Shown one piece after another: positions 50,937-62,320 of a DNA stretch of 64,000 bases. The stretch spans positions 249,399 through 313,398 of the forward strand of contig WELA01001870.1 in NCBI GenBank assembly GCA_009602735.1. Reading direction: 5' to 3'. Below the pieces are notes generated by a model. It was given only the letters and a program-made list of their open reading frames with translations, was not told the DNA's origin and made no database searches. The translations under genes and the position numbers were made by a program. The stretch comes from Mesotaenium endlicherianum (lineage: Eukaryota). The stretch's first letter is position 1, and each line of letters starts with the position of its first letter.

Positions 50937-53237
50937 TATATGGAGCTGTCAGGGTGGGCGCTGACCTGGAGCATGAGGAGCTTCTCGTAGGGGCCAGCCG
51001 GCAGGCGACGGATGGCCTTGGAGGACTCCATGCTCTTGCTGCGCAGCACGTAGAAGCCCGCCAGCCCTGCAGGCAAGGGAGCGAGCGAGCGAGCAAGCGG
51101 GTAGGCACGCGGAAGTTTAGCGGGGTATCTCCTGACATGCCAGTGCATGGCGGACGAGGCGACGCACGTGAAGTAGCGCACAGAGAGGTACTGCGGACAC
51201 AAATGAGACAGAGGCCTGCAAGTAGGGGGTGACAGAAAACAACTTCACTCAAAGAAGACTCAGAGACACTCTTCCCTGGAAGCTTGAGAGAGAGAGAGAG
51301 GGAGAGGGGGAGAGGGGGGCACACCTGAGAGGACGTTGAGGCGGGTCATGCCCATGGCGTGGTCGTGATACCACAGCAGCGTGGGCTCCTGCCAGTTGGG
51401 GTACACGTAGGTGTTGTTGAAGAACGTGGGACCCTTGTCGCCCTTGGCGGTGATCCATGCGAACGGGTGCCCGTCGACGTGGCTCGGCGCTTCGCCGCCG
51501 TGCAGGTGGGTGACTGCACGCGCCCACCACAAGGGGACAGGTGTCAGCCAGCTAGCTAACTCGAGCACCGGGTAAGGCTCCCACCAGCGTGCCAAACTGC
51601 TGTCAGGGGGAACCGGCAGCCAGTGACATCTGACAGCACATGAAGCGTGCACACGTGGGTGCCCTGAGTGCTCTTACTCTGCCCGCCCCAGCGGTCAGTA
51701 AGCGGGCGGGTCTCCCCTCCTCACAAACAACCTCCACCTCAGCAGCAGCTTCAGCAGAGGGCTAAATACCTGCTAAGAGGCCATACACTAGAGCACACAC
51801 CTGTGGGCACTCCCCCGTGCTCGGGATTCGCCCAGTTGAGCGTCCGGTCGACGGTGAGGAAGTGGTTGGCGTCCGTGATGTTGTTCACCCACGTCACCGT
51901 CGTGGGCGTCCCCCGCTGCGCCTCGATGATGGGCCCGGGGTAGGACGCCGTCTCCTGGGATGTCCCGTACGCGTACAGCTTGGTGGGCGGCAGGTCCCTG
52001 TGCATCTTCTGCGCACGTTATAAACGCGCGCCACGCACGCACGCACTTGGAGCGTGAGCCGTACCTCTTGAGCCGGCTGCAGAAGGGGGGGGGGGTACAC
52101 AGACCACAGTTGGGCGGGGGCCAGGGACGCACTCCGGTGCCGTAACTCAAGCATCATAGCTCGAGTGTCGTGACTCGCTTGTCATGACTCCAGTGCCATA
52201 ACTACTCGAGTGTCGTAGCTCGAGTGTCGTAGCTCGAGTGTCGTAGCTCGAGTGGCGTGACTCGGGTCAGCTGCAGGAGGGATGCACGTCACACTTAGGC
52301 CAGGGGGGCAGCGCACTGAAGGGGGAGCATTAGAGGCGACTCAGTCAGCTGCGGGATGGAGGTGCATGCTGCCACACGAGACCTCCCCCCTGCTCTTCAA
52401 ACTGGTGGAGTACGCAGTATGCCAGCTGCCGCCAGCAGGCGTGCTGCCCCCTGCTTGCTTGTCAGGCAGGCCTACTAATAAGGAAAGTGCACATGTGTCG
52501 GCGTTGTAAGGGACAGGAATGCTTGACAGGCTGAGCTCGTTTTAGCTGATATACACCAGAGCACAGTCACGGCCAACACTCAAACAAGGGCTCTCAGCTT
52601 GCTCCCAATGGATACTCATCCTTGCAGTAGCTACAAAGGATATTACAGAGCCTACGTGCCCCAGAAGAACCAAAGCTCAATACACGCACATTTCCAGTGT
52701 TGCGGGGCAAAGTTGGTCAGGTCCACAGAAGCAGGGGACAAACATGTGAGGTCATGGCGGATAGGCATCAAGATGACAACCTCTAAGAGCACTCGGCGCC
52801 TCTTTCCTAACTGGCAACCTATTTTGCGAGGTCACAAGTGTCGTGGACATGAATGGGTGTAGTTTGCTAAGCAGCATCTGTGTCTGTGACTGGTGACTGT
52901 AAAGTTGTTTCTGCATGGTATTTGGTCATATTTCACTTGCTCTGTGACTGTCGTAGGCAAACGATAGCAACAGCAACTTGGATCATCTGGCTCTGTGGTA
53001 GGGATGAACCTGGGTAATGGCATGCGCTCCAATAGTGATGGCAGCTCCGGTGGAGCCATCAATAACGGATGGCTGTCTGAAGGCATCGACAAACTTGCAG
53101 GGAGGCTCTCCCACCACTGGCTGACAGGCCAGGTCAGCGGGTGACTGAGCCGCTACTTCCCTCAGTGAGGCACTTCCCACAAACACCAACATTAGGACGC
53201 TGAAGTAACGGCTCGCATGGCCTCGTGAGGTCGACAT
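47739..53237 (-). CDS. LPR1: LPR1-type (Low Phosphate Root; CotA/bilirubin oxidase-like) multicopper oxidase/ferroxidase; one exon in N-gap 48878-49212
   Basis: Exons 53010-53237, 51801-52008, 51325-51513, 50966-51066, 50292-50440, 49655-49897, 49301-49418, [gap], 48534-48650, 48177-48326, 47739-47855. Signal-peptide-like N-terminus; '[28 protein letters not shown]'. All four Cu-binding motifs are present: 'VTHLHGG', '[14 protein letters not shown]', 'HPIHLH', '[18 protein letters not shown]'. Confidence 0.93.
52158..52266. repeat. 14-bp tandem repeat TAGCTCGAGTGTCG in LPR intron 1
   Basis: About four consecutive units at ~52205-52258, plus degenerate units from 52158. Confidence 0.8.
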
Positions 53238-54291
53238 AGCTTTAAATTGTCAAAACCCCGCAGTGTGGGCCCTTTCTAGCTGACACTATGGCTTTCACAG
53301 GTCAACCTTCTGTAAGGAATGACTACTAAAGCCTATCCGGCGCAGCAACAATGCCAGAAGATCCCGAGAGCAACCAGAAGCTGCAAACATTCGTGTTAAG
53401 TACTTCAGCTTGCAAAAGCCGCTTGATCCTTGATCGCCTCCCGACGTCTCAAAGTTTGGCTCGCACCAGGATACCTTTTACCAGGCACTATCAGAACTGC
53501 ACAGAATGGCACAGAAGAACGACGCATTGCAAGGTGCAACACGCAGTATGCACTGCGCTGCACTACGCTAAGCTATAGAATGATACCATACGAGTGTGCC
53601 CGAAATGTGCGTCACTTCAGTTGGCAGCTGCTTGAGGCGGCCCCTACGAGATCTTTATGGCCGACATCAACCGACGCGGTCAGAGGATGTCTTGCTGTGA
53701 GCAGCTGTAGTCCGCGATCACCTGTCATCACCTGTAATCGATGGGCATTAATGAGCACAAGCCGGCAGCAGCTACCAGTCCTGTTGATAGCAGTCGAGAT
53801 CGGGGAAAAACTTGAAGCAAGCTGAAGCGTGTACCCCAGTGCACCCAGTCCAGTGCTCCCGCTTTGGAACGCCCCAGCATGCTCTAGCACCATCGGGCAC
53901 AGCCCGGCACGCTCTGAAGCACTCCAAAGCACTCCGATGCAGTGCAGCTGAGTGCAGCTACCTGAAGTGCTCTGAAGCTGCTATAAAGGGATCTGATGTT
54001 GAGATGTGCTCTTGATCACTCGAGTCTCGAGCACTCTCGAGTCTCGAGTCAACCTGTCTCGGCCTGTCCTCGCTCGTCTCATAAAGACCCTGAATGCTTA
54101 TTGCGTACCCGGATTGAGAGGGACCAGGCTATACAACCGTCGTCGCCACGGGGGGCTAGGCTAGAGCAGCACTTTATTTCCTTCATTCCACTTCTTTCCA
54201 TTGATATTGAAATACCTGTTACCATGTCTTATTATGCATATGTTGGAACATTTCTTCATTATAACAATCCCCCTTCAATAGCAACTCGACT

Positions 54292-54800
54292 TTCAAGCAG
54301 GTTCAAGCAGGTTCAAGCAGGTACATATACCCAATATCGAAGTATACCCACATGAAAAGGTTGACGCTTTCGATGATTGCTTTCGACGACGAATGACGAC
54401 GAAGGTCCGGATGGCCATCAATTGTAAGCTTGTAAGCGCGTGCAAGCTTCTACAAATCACTTAGGGTCACTCAGGACAGCTCATGACCAATACAGACCAG
54501 TCCACAAATGATGACAAGTGAGGACAGCAATTTTCAAGACCACATGACCGCGTGTGCAACACGCGTTGACTGGCAGCTTAAACCATCCCAGAAAAATGGT
54601 GTATGTTGGTGTGCGCAAGATTGTGCTTGGCATGTGCCGGAGTCCAGACTCCACAGCGGGTACGAGCGGGTACCAGGGACCCGCAAACATGAGCAGAAAT
54701 TAAGGGTGGAAATTTAGAACGCTTGAAACCTGCTTCGAAACTGCTTGAAACCGCTTGAAACTGCTTGAAACTACTTGAATTGCTTTAACCTGTGCTTGAA
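54292..54800. repeat. Inverted arrays of a 10-bp unit: (TTCAAGCAGG)x3 and (CTGCTTGAAA)x~6
   Basis: 54292-54321 and ~54720-54800 carry the same decamer in opposite orientation, ~400 bp apart. Confidence 0.7.
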
Positions 54801-56430
54801 ACAAGTACAAATCAGTTGGAACCGTCCTTGAAAAGTTCGGGAAATCTAGGACTTGTTAGACGTGGTTAGACGTGTGAAGAAAAGTGTGCCAAAGTGTGTC
54901 TACCGCTGGTCGGGGTTTAGAAGCCAAGCGATTTTCGAGCGTGATAGAGTCTGATCACGCTTAACCACGCTTACCCGGACCTTGCGGGTATTATCGGTGA
55001 AGGTTGGACGTCTTTCACGAATCACTCTAAAATCTGTGCTTCAAGTGTCAACTAAACACGTCAAGATTTCACTCGATGCCTTCAGCTGCCTTCGACTTTA
55101 AGCGTCCTGATTGACCTCGCGAAGGCGCTCGAAGGCCCCAAAGCCAGCAAACCGCCATCAAGGGCCCCAGAAGCCAGCGAGTCAAATAAACCTCACTTGG
55201 CGTCTACCTTCGCGATGGAGGTGGTATAAAGAACTAGAAGATGAATCATAAAACACGTGACGGCAAAGAGGAGGTGCATGAAGGTGAGAAGCAGTGAGAA
55301 ACACAAGTTGTGACCTAGTCAGAAAAGTCCTATACCTCGGAAAGAGAAGGTTGCATGAAGTTGAGTAAACTAACCAACAAAGGTAAGTCTTCGCACTCCA
55401 TATAGGTGGTCTAGTTGCGAACTAGAGAAAGACAGAGAAAGGCCGCAAATGCATTGAAATGGCACATTGCAAGCAAACAGGAAGTTGCAAAGTACATCTT
55501 GAAGTTGTGCAAGTGGCCAATCGATCCAAATAGATCGACGCGATCCGATGGGACGTAATCCCATATAATTATCGGCGCGCTTCTTGGGGGACCCACTATA
55601 GTCTCCTTATTTCGAGAATGGGACATTTTATCTTAAAATTTCTAATGAATCAGTGTATTGGTAGATATGATATCCATTTTGGTCTAACAATTAATTAAGT
55701 TTAGTTTGCTAAACTTTAGTCAATATTAAGTTTGCTGAATTTTAGTAATATTCAGTAAAATGACTCAGTCAGGTACAGTAGGCAGAAGTTTACCATAGGT
55801 AGCTCGCTAACACATTCTTGGAAAGTCAGCTCATTGCCGTATACAATATCAGTAAACTGTCTAGTTATGCATCTAAGTGTGATATGCTAGATGAGTGGCC
55901 ACATGACATCCTTGGGTGGATGGCGATTCGAGATGACGGGAGATGGCTGTGGATTTGGTCAGCCGAGGTCCTACCGACGTGGCTAACTCCCGGGTAGGTG
56001 GTGCCATCGCACTTGCCGTTGAACAGTAAAACTCATTCCATGTACATACGCTAGGTAATGCCCTCAAGTTTGGCAATGAAAACGAGGCCAATTTTCTGTA
56101 CAGCTAACTGAGAGGACATCTAAATCGAAGACTGCAAGTCGTTACACAAACATCTTACTTACGTTGCTTATGTATGAGTTTACTCATTGCATGATTCATG
56201 CTCATAGCTTACATTTGACTCGCAAGTATTACTCTTGCTAGTATTGTGATCTTTTGCTGATTAATAAGTTAGCCAGAGAACACCAGCAAGGTTATTTGTT
56301 GATATAAGGATCTTCTAATTAATTGTTAATTGCCTATTGGTAAGTCGATTCATTTTAGTGATATCGGAGCTCTTATCACAAATTTCTTTTGTATGATAAA
56401 GACGCGTTCTCAGACTAGTATTTCTTAAAA

Positions 56431-57719
56431 TATGGAGGGTCAGGATAATGAAAACATGAAAACTCGGCGAAGAGCCAAGTTATTGAACCTTGCACTTACG
56501 CTGATGCTTGAGCAGATATTGCGGTAAGAGAAGTAAAAAAAGAAGCGGCAGCTATTACTGTAGTAGCAGTCCAACAGGCAAAGGAAGAACGCGTGAGAAT
56601 AGAAGCTGAGCATTAAGCTAACGAGGAAGAGGATGCAACAACAGAAAGGAGGCGTGAGGCTGATGCCAGGACGGTAGAAGAACTAATGGCAGAAAGGGCC
56701 AATCTTCAAAGTCCACCTCCCAATGTTGCTGTTGATGTACCTCTTGCCTAGATTCGTAGACAAAAAAGTGGAGCGGGCATTGCTAGTGCATTAGCCAAAG
56801 GAAATGCCGAGGCTGCTGTTGAGGAATTCAATGCTACTGCTGCGGCTATGACTATATTGCCACCTCAAAATATCGATCTGGGTGCATTATTTGTTCAAAT
56901 ACAATCTCAGATGACTATGATGTATCAGTTCCAGCAGAAGGACAAGAGGATTAAAATCAACAGAGTTCACACTACTGGGGGTGGCAGGGGGCCTATTAGG
57001 CCCAAGCCAAAATCACCTCAGGACTATGACCCTGAGGGGAACAAAAATTACTACCTAATAAAATTTCTCGGTGATGTAGAGCAGTGGCTGGAGAACTACC
57101 CAGACCTGCATGATGCTAAGAAGATCAGGCACACCAGTGCTTTCCTGAAAGGCGGCGCAGGAGACTAGTTGCTCTTTTACAAGGAAGAGCGGAAAGCTAA
57201 CCAACTCAATGACCCTACGTGGGTAGAGCTCGTTAAGGAGTTCGTTAAGGAATTGCATGAAAAGTTTGATGTGATCAATCAGCAGGAGAAAGTTATCCAT
57301 GAAATAATCTCCTTGACACTGAAGCATATACCACTTCAGTTGCTGAGTTTGCTCAAAATATTCAGGGGAACATAATGAAACAGCCTACCTTGCCGGAGCT
57401 GTATAGGCTAGCATACTTCAGATATGGCTTGAAGTCTGAGTTCTTGAGTCATTTTACTGAGAGCATGTATGAGAAGCTGACTGACTTTATCCTAGATACT
57501 GATGCTTGGGATCAACAGCAATTCAACCACAAGCGCCAGAGTAGTGCTTTGGTGGCTAAGATTGCCAAAAAGCCACATGGTTCCTACAATGCCATTGAAG
57601 GTGTAGTGAAACAGATAGATAAAGTACTTAGTAAAACAGAATACTTTATCTATTCAAGACAAGGATCTTTGAACACAAGTGGTAGCTTCTTGAAAGAGAG
57701 ATGGCTTCTTGAAAGTTAA
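56431..57719 (+). pseudogene. Decayed LTR-retrotransposon gag (Ty3/gypsy-like)
   Basis: A coiled-coil N-terminal part is followed by 'PKPKSPQDYDPEG...FLGDVEQWLE...KKIRHTSAFLKGGAGD*LL...TWVELVKEF', the capsid-like Retrotrans_gag pattern, with in-frame stops and frameshifts. A degenerate tRNA-iMet PBS-like TGATATCGGAGC (cf. TGGTATCAGAGC) lies at 56359-56370. Confidence 0.75.
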
Positions 57720-57827
57720 TATATTTCTGGATTTTGGCAAGTACAAGAGTGATTCTCCAATGTCTTTCTATGTTCTAGCTCTTGTTTATATACTTGCTAC
57801 ATAAGTAATTTCTAGGAAGGTGTATGT

Positions 57828-58107
57828 TGATGTGTTGGCACCCAACACATCCCAAAACTTGCCACCTCTTTCTAGAATAATGTACACATGTCCTTTTGAC
57901 CTAAAAATGGCACATCTGACTTTTGCCACATGGAGTTCTTCTAGGTCTTTCCTCTAACTTCGAAAATGCCTTGGAAGGTTCAAAGGACATGAACCAAGTT
58001 ACTAGAGTACCTATTCACACTTGACTCCACACAATACTACTCCAAATATATTTGAAAACATTAAAATATATGCAAACTAATATATAATAACTCAAATCAC
58101 TACATCA
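57828..58107 (-). mobile_element. 3' LTR (280 bp) of the minus-strand chromovirus
   Basis: Bounded by inverted termini TGATGT...ACATCA. On the minus strand it is immediately preceded by a G7 polypurine tract (58108-58114), and it lies downstream of the pol stop. Confidence 0.75.
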
Positions 58108-58141
58108 CCCCCCCGATAGAAAAAGCGACGTCTCGGCGCGT

Positions 58142-58270
58142 CAAGTCAGGTCTTACACATGTGGAGCAAACTAGTCAACAGTTTCAAGTCAGATGCCACA
58201 CATGTGAAGAGGACTAGTCAAAGGCGCCAAGTCAGGTGCTACACATGTAAGGTAGACTAGGCAAGGTCGT
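58142..58270. repeat. Three ~43-bp degenerate tandem repeats in the retroelement 3' UTR
   Basis: Unit 'CAAGTCAGRT..YACACATGT......ACTAG.CAA' occurs three times, starting near 58142, 58185 and 58228. Confidence 0.75.
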
Positions 58271-58873
58271 AGGTGGTGTGACCTTATTGGCTAGCCTACT
58301 CCTTAATGATAAAGAAAATTGTACAAGTTGGCCCAGAATCTGCCACGAACTCAAAAATTCATAGCGGCCACAGAACTGCTCCAAATCTGAAAATTCGAGT
58401 GCCAGACGGACCGCGTCGGAGAACTCTACCGGGTCACCAAATTTGAGAGCATTCTCATTTCTGGAGTGTCGTTGAGAGCTGAGAGAGTAGGCACTCCTCC
58501 AAATCTGTGCAGAAACTTCTGAAAATCATAAGTCCTTCTATACTTCTCCAAATTCTGCAAACTAAGTCTCAAACTGGGCGCTGTAAGATGTTCTACCAGA
58601 GTCTTGAGTTTCAGAGCATTCCAAGTTCAGGGGAGGGCACAATGTCAGAAGGCATATTCTGCCCTAACAATGCCAGCAGCCTGACCCCCTTCTACTTAGA
58701 GCATCATATCTCTCTCACCAGTGCTCCAAATTGAGCAAACTTGGACTCTAAATGACCGGCTACTCATGGACTACAGCCAGGTAAATTTTCAGAATTTATT
58801 ATGCAGAGACCTATTACCAGTAGCAGTTTTAGTTTTCTGTCCAGAAACTGCGAGAAGAGAAGAGTGTCTAATG

Positions 58874-61800
58874 TCAATTTTTCCTCTTTCTTGTTCTTGC
58901 AGGCTGCCTCCAAGGGGTCTTCTGCTGCTTCTTGATGGTGGCAGGCTGCCTCCCTGAAGTCTTCGGGCTTCTAGTAGAGAGACTTGGGGCTGGTCCAAGA
59001 TGGGGGTTGGCGGCATGGAAGCGCTTCAACTTTCTCTGAACTTTGTCAAGGTAGTGCGCCGCCACCCAACTATTCTCCGAATCTGGATATCCTTTCCACT
59101 TGATCAAGTATTGCTGCTGTCTCCTGAAATTTCTCATAGCCACTATGTCTTCCACTTCGTACTCCAAATGATCATCCACTATTGTTGGGGCTGGTGGGGT
59201 TGTCACACGTCCTGGGAACTTGTTGTCGGGTTGCACATATGGCTTGAAGAGGGAAGCGTGGAATACGGGGTCGATGTGCATAGTCTGGGGAAGTTCTAGC
59301 TTGAAAGCAACGGGGTTGACTTGCTGGATAATCTTGAAGGGTCCCAAATACTTGGGAGAGAACTTGCTGCCGGCAGGCCTGTTGTTCAGGGAAATGTTCT
59401 TGGATGATAGTAACACGTTGTCACCCACTCTGTACGTAATTTCTCTTCTGGATCTGTTCGCCACTCTTGCTTGAGCATCTTGCGCGTGTTGTAGAGCTTT
59501 CTTCGCTGCTGTAAGGGCTGCTTCTAATGTCTCCATAAAATCTGTGGCTGCAGGTACTTCATCATGGCCAGCCGTGAAGCTCAGTGGCGTGGTCGGATGG
59601 AAGCCATAGTTGAGGAAGAATGGGGACTCTTGGGTAGAGGCCTGCGTAGTGTTGTTGTAGGCAAACTCGAGGGGGGTCAAGTACATGTCCCAGTCTTGCT
59701 CGAGGGTAGACACGTAGGCCTTTAGAGAGGTCTTTAGGGTACGATTCATACGCTCGGTTTGCCCATCTGATTGTGGGTGGTAGGCAGTAGACATATCCAG
59801 CGATGTACCCAAGTTCTTGAAGAGATTTTTCCAGAAATGGCTTGTGAATCTTGGATCTCTATCTGACACAATTCTTGATGGTAGTCCATGGAGTCGGAAG
59901 ATGTTGTCAAAGATGAGTCTTGCAAGTTGTGGTGCTGTAGCCTTAGTCGTCGTGGGAATAAAATGAGCCATCTTGGTAAGTCTGTCCACCACCGTGAGTA
60001 TTGCATTATGGCCTCGAGGTGTCACGGGCAAGTCCACGATAAGGTCCATTGAGATGTCCGTCCATTGTCTTTCGGGGATTGGTAGTGGTTGGAGGAGTCC
60101 TCCCGCCTTTTGCGATGATGGCTTGATTCTTTGGCATGTGTCACAGCTCCTGCAGTACTCCTTGACTTGCTTAGACATGCCTGGCCAACAATAAGTCCTA
60201 GCTAGAACGCCCGTGGTCCTTAGGATTCCAAAGTGTCCTCCAAGAGGGTTGTCGTGTGCTTCTCGTAGAAGCAAGAGCCGGAGGTCTATGTCATTAGGAA
60301 CACATCTCTGGCCCGTATCTTGCCTCACCCAATAATTGCCTTCTTGCTTCTTGCATGGGTCCAAGGCTGCTTCTCCGTTCTTGTAGTAAGGGTCTCTTTC
60401 ATAGGCGGCTGAAAATCGAGCTTCCAGATCTGTCTTCAGGGATACCATCACTGCATTTAATTGCAGTCTTGAGAGGGGGTCAGCCGGGTTTGTCTTGCCG
60501 GGCTGGTACTGAATCGTGATGTTGTATTGTTGCAAGTATCCGCTCCATCTTGCTTGTCTCCTTGAGAGATACGGCTGCGTTTGGAGGTGCTTTAACGCCT
60601 CGTGGTCCGTGGTGACCAGTACTTTGCGTCCTTCAACGTAGCAGCGCCAAACCTTCAAGGCATGTACAATCGCCAATGCCTCTCGCTCCGTGGTTGTATA
60701 ATTTTGCTCGGCTGGATTTAGCTTCCTTGACTCGTAGGCGATGGGCTGCAGTCCCTTGCCTTGGTCTTGAAGCAGGATTGCTCCTATTGCATAGGAAGAT
60801 GCATCGGTGATGACGTGGAAGGGCCAATCTGGGTTTGGACTTGGGAGTGTGAGCACCGGGGATGTGGTCAATCTTCGCTTTAACTCTTGAAATGCCTCTT
60901 CCTCTTTCTCGGTCCATGTATAAAGCCTGTCCTTCTTGAGTAGATCTGTCAGGGGGGCTGCTTTGTGCGAGAAGCTTTGGATGAATCTCCTGTACCAATT
61001 GGCAAATCCCAAGAATGACTGGAGTTCTTTCTCGGTCGTGGGGGTTGGCCATTCCTCCACCACCGTGGTCTTCTTGGGGTCCATCTTGATGCCATCAGCA
61101 ATCACGTGGAGACCTAGGAACTCCACTTCTTGTTTGGCAAACTCGCACTTTGACTCCTTTGCAAATAGCTTGTTTTGCTTCAATACTTCAAGGACTTTTT
61201 TCAAGTATCTCGCATGCTCTTCAAGGGTCTTGCTGTAGATAAGGATGTCATCGATGAATCCCACCACAAATCTGTCCAACATGGGCTGAAATATGGTGTT
61301 CATCATAGTCATGAAAGTTGCTGGCGCGTTGGTGAGTCCAAATGGCAGGACCATGAACTCAAAATGTCCATATCTTGTCCTGAATGCCGTCTTCTCTATG
61401 TCCGGTTCTGCGATGCGAATCTGGTGGTAGCCGCTCCGTAAGTCAATCTTTGTGAAGTACTTGGCTCCAACCAGCCGGTCCATGAGCTCATCCATGCGCG
61501 GCAGCGGGTATCGATTCTTGATGGTGATCTTGTTGAGGGCGCGATAGTCCACACACATCCTCAAGGTACCATCTTTCTTCTTGACAAATAGCACCGGGGC
61601 TCCAAATGGCGACTTGCTAGGTCGAATGAAGCCATGCTCCAGTAGCTCCTTGATTTGCTTCTTGACTTCGTCTAGCTCCGTGTATGACATTTTGAACGTA
61701 GGCCGAGAGATGGGCTTGCTTCCGGGCTCCAACTCTATCTTGTGGTCTACGAATCTTTTGGGGGGTAGGCCCCTGGGCAATTCCGGGGAGAACACTTCTT

Positions 61801-62320
61801 TGTACTCCTCTAAGATTTCTTGTATCTCCTTAGGAAGGGGGCTGCCTTCTTGACTCTCGATGTCTTTCTTGATGTCTTTTGGCGTGATCAAGGCCAAAAG
61901 AAGCTCGTGTCCCTTCCTCACAAGTCTCTTGAGTTGGAGGGCGGACAATAGTAGCTCGCGTGCCGGCTTCTTGATGTCTTGGGTCTGGATATTCTGGATT
62001 GCGCGCAAAATACAGATTCTTGAAGTGATGTCATTCTTGATCTTGATAGTACCGGTCCTCCAATCAACTTGGGGGTTGTGCTTGGTCAACCAAGGCGTCC
62101 CTAGGATGACGTCGTACTTGCCCAATTGCATGGGGGAGAACACTACTTCATCCTTGAAGAACTTGATAGAGAGTGCAAAGGGGTACGTCTTCTTGGAAGC
62201 GGTAGTATAGGAGAATCCATCGGGCATCATAATCTCCTCGTCGTGGTCAAGAGTTCGCATAGTAATTCCGTGCTTGGTGGCAAAATCTGCAGCAATGAAG
62301 TTGCCTTGAGCTCCGCTATC
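58874..62320 (-). mobile_element. Ty3/gypsy chromovirus pol (protease-RT-RNase H-integrase-chromodomain), open frame
   Basis: Protease 'DSGAQGNF' and 'DVILGTPWL'; RT '[11 protein letters not shown]...[10 protein letters not shown]...PFGLTNAP...FIDDILIYS'; RNase H '[10 protein letters not shown]'; integrase HHCC 'H..GGHFG...C..C', 'ISMDLI', 'SDRDPRF', '[10 protein letters not shown]'; GPF motif; chromodomain 'YEVEDIV...[15 protein letters not shown]'. Confidence 0.96.

Noticed and set aside
52205..52258. Regular repeats considered as a CRISPR array (also 58142-58270)
   Set aside because: These are tandem units without unique spacers, with no cas genes, in a eukaryotic context.
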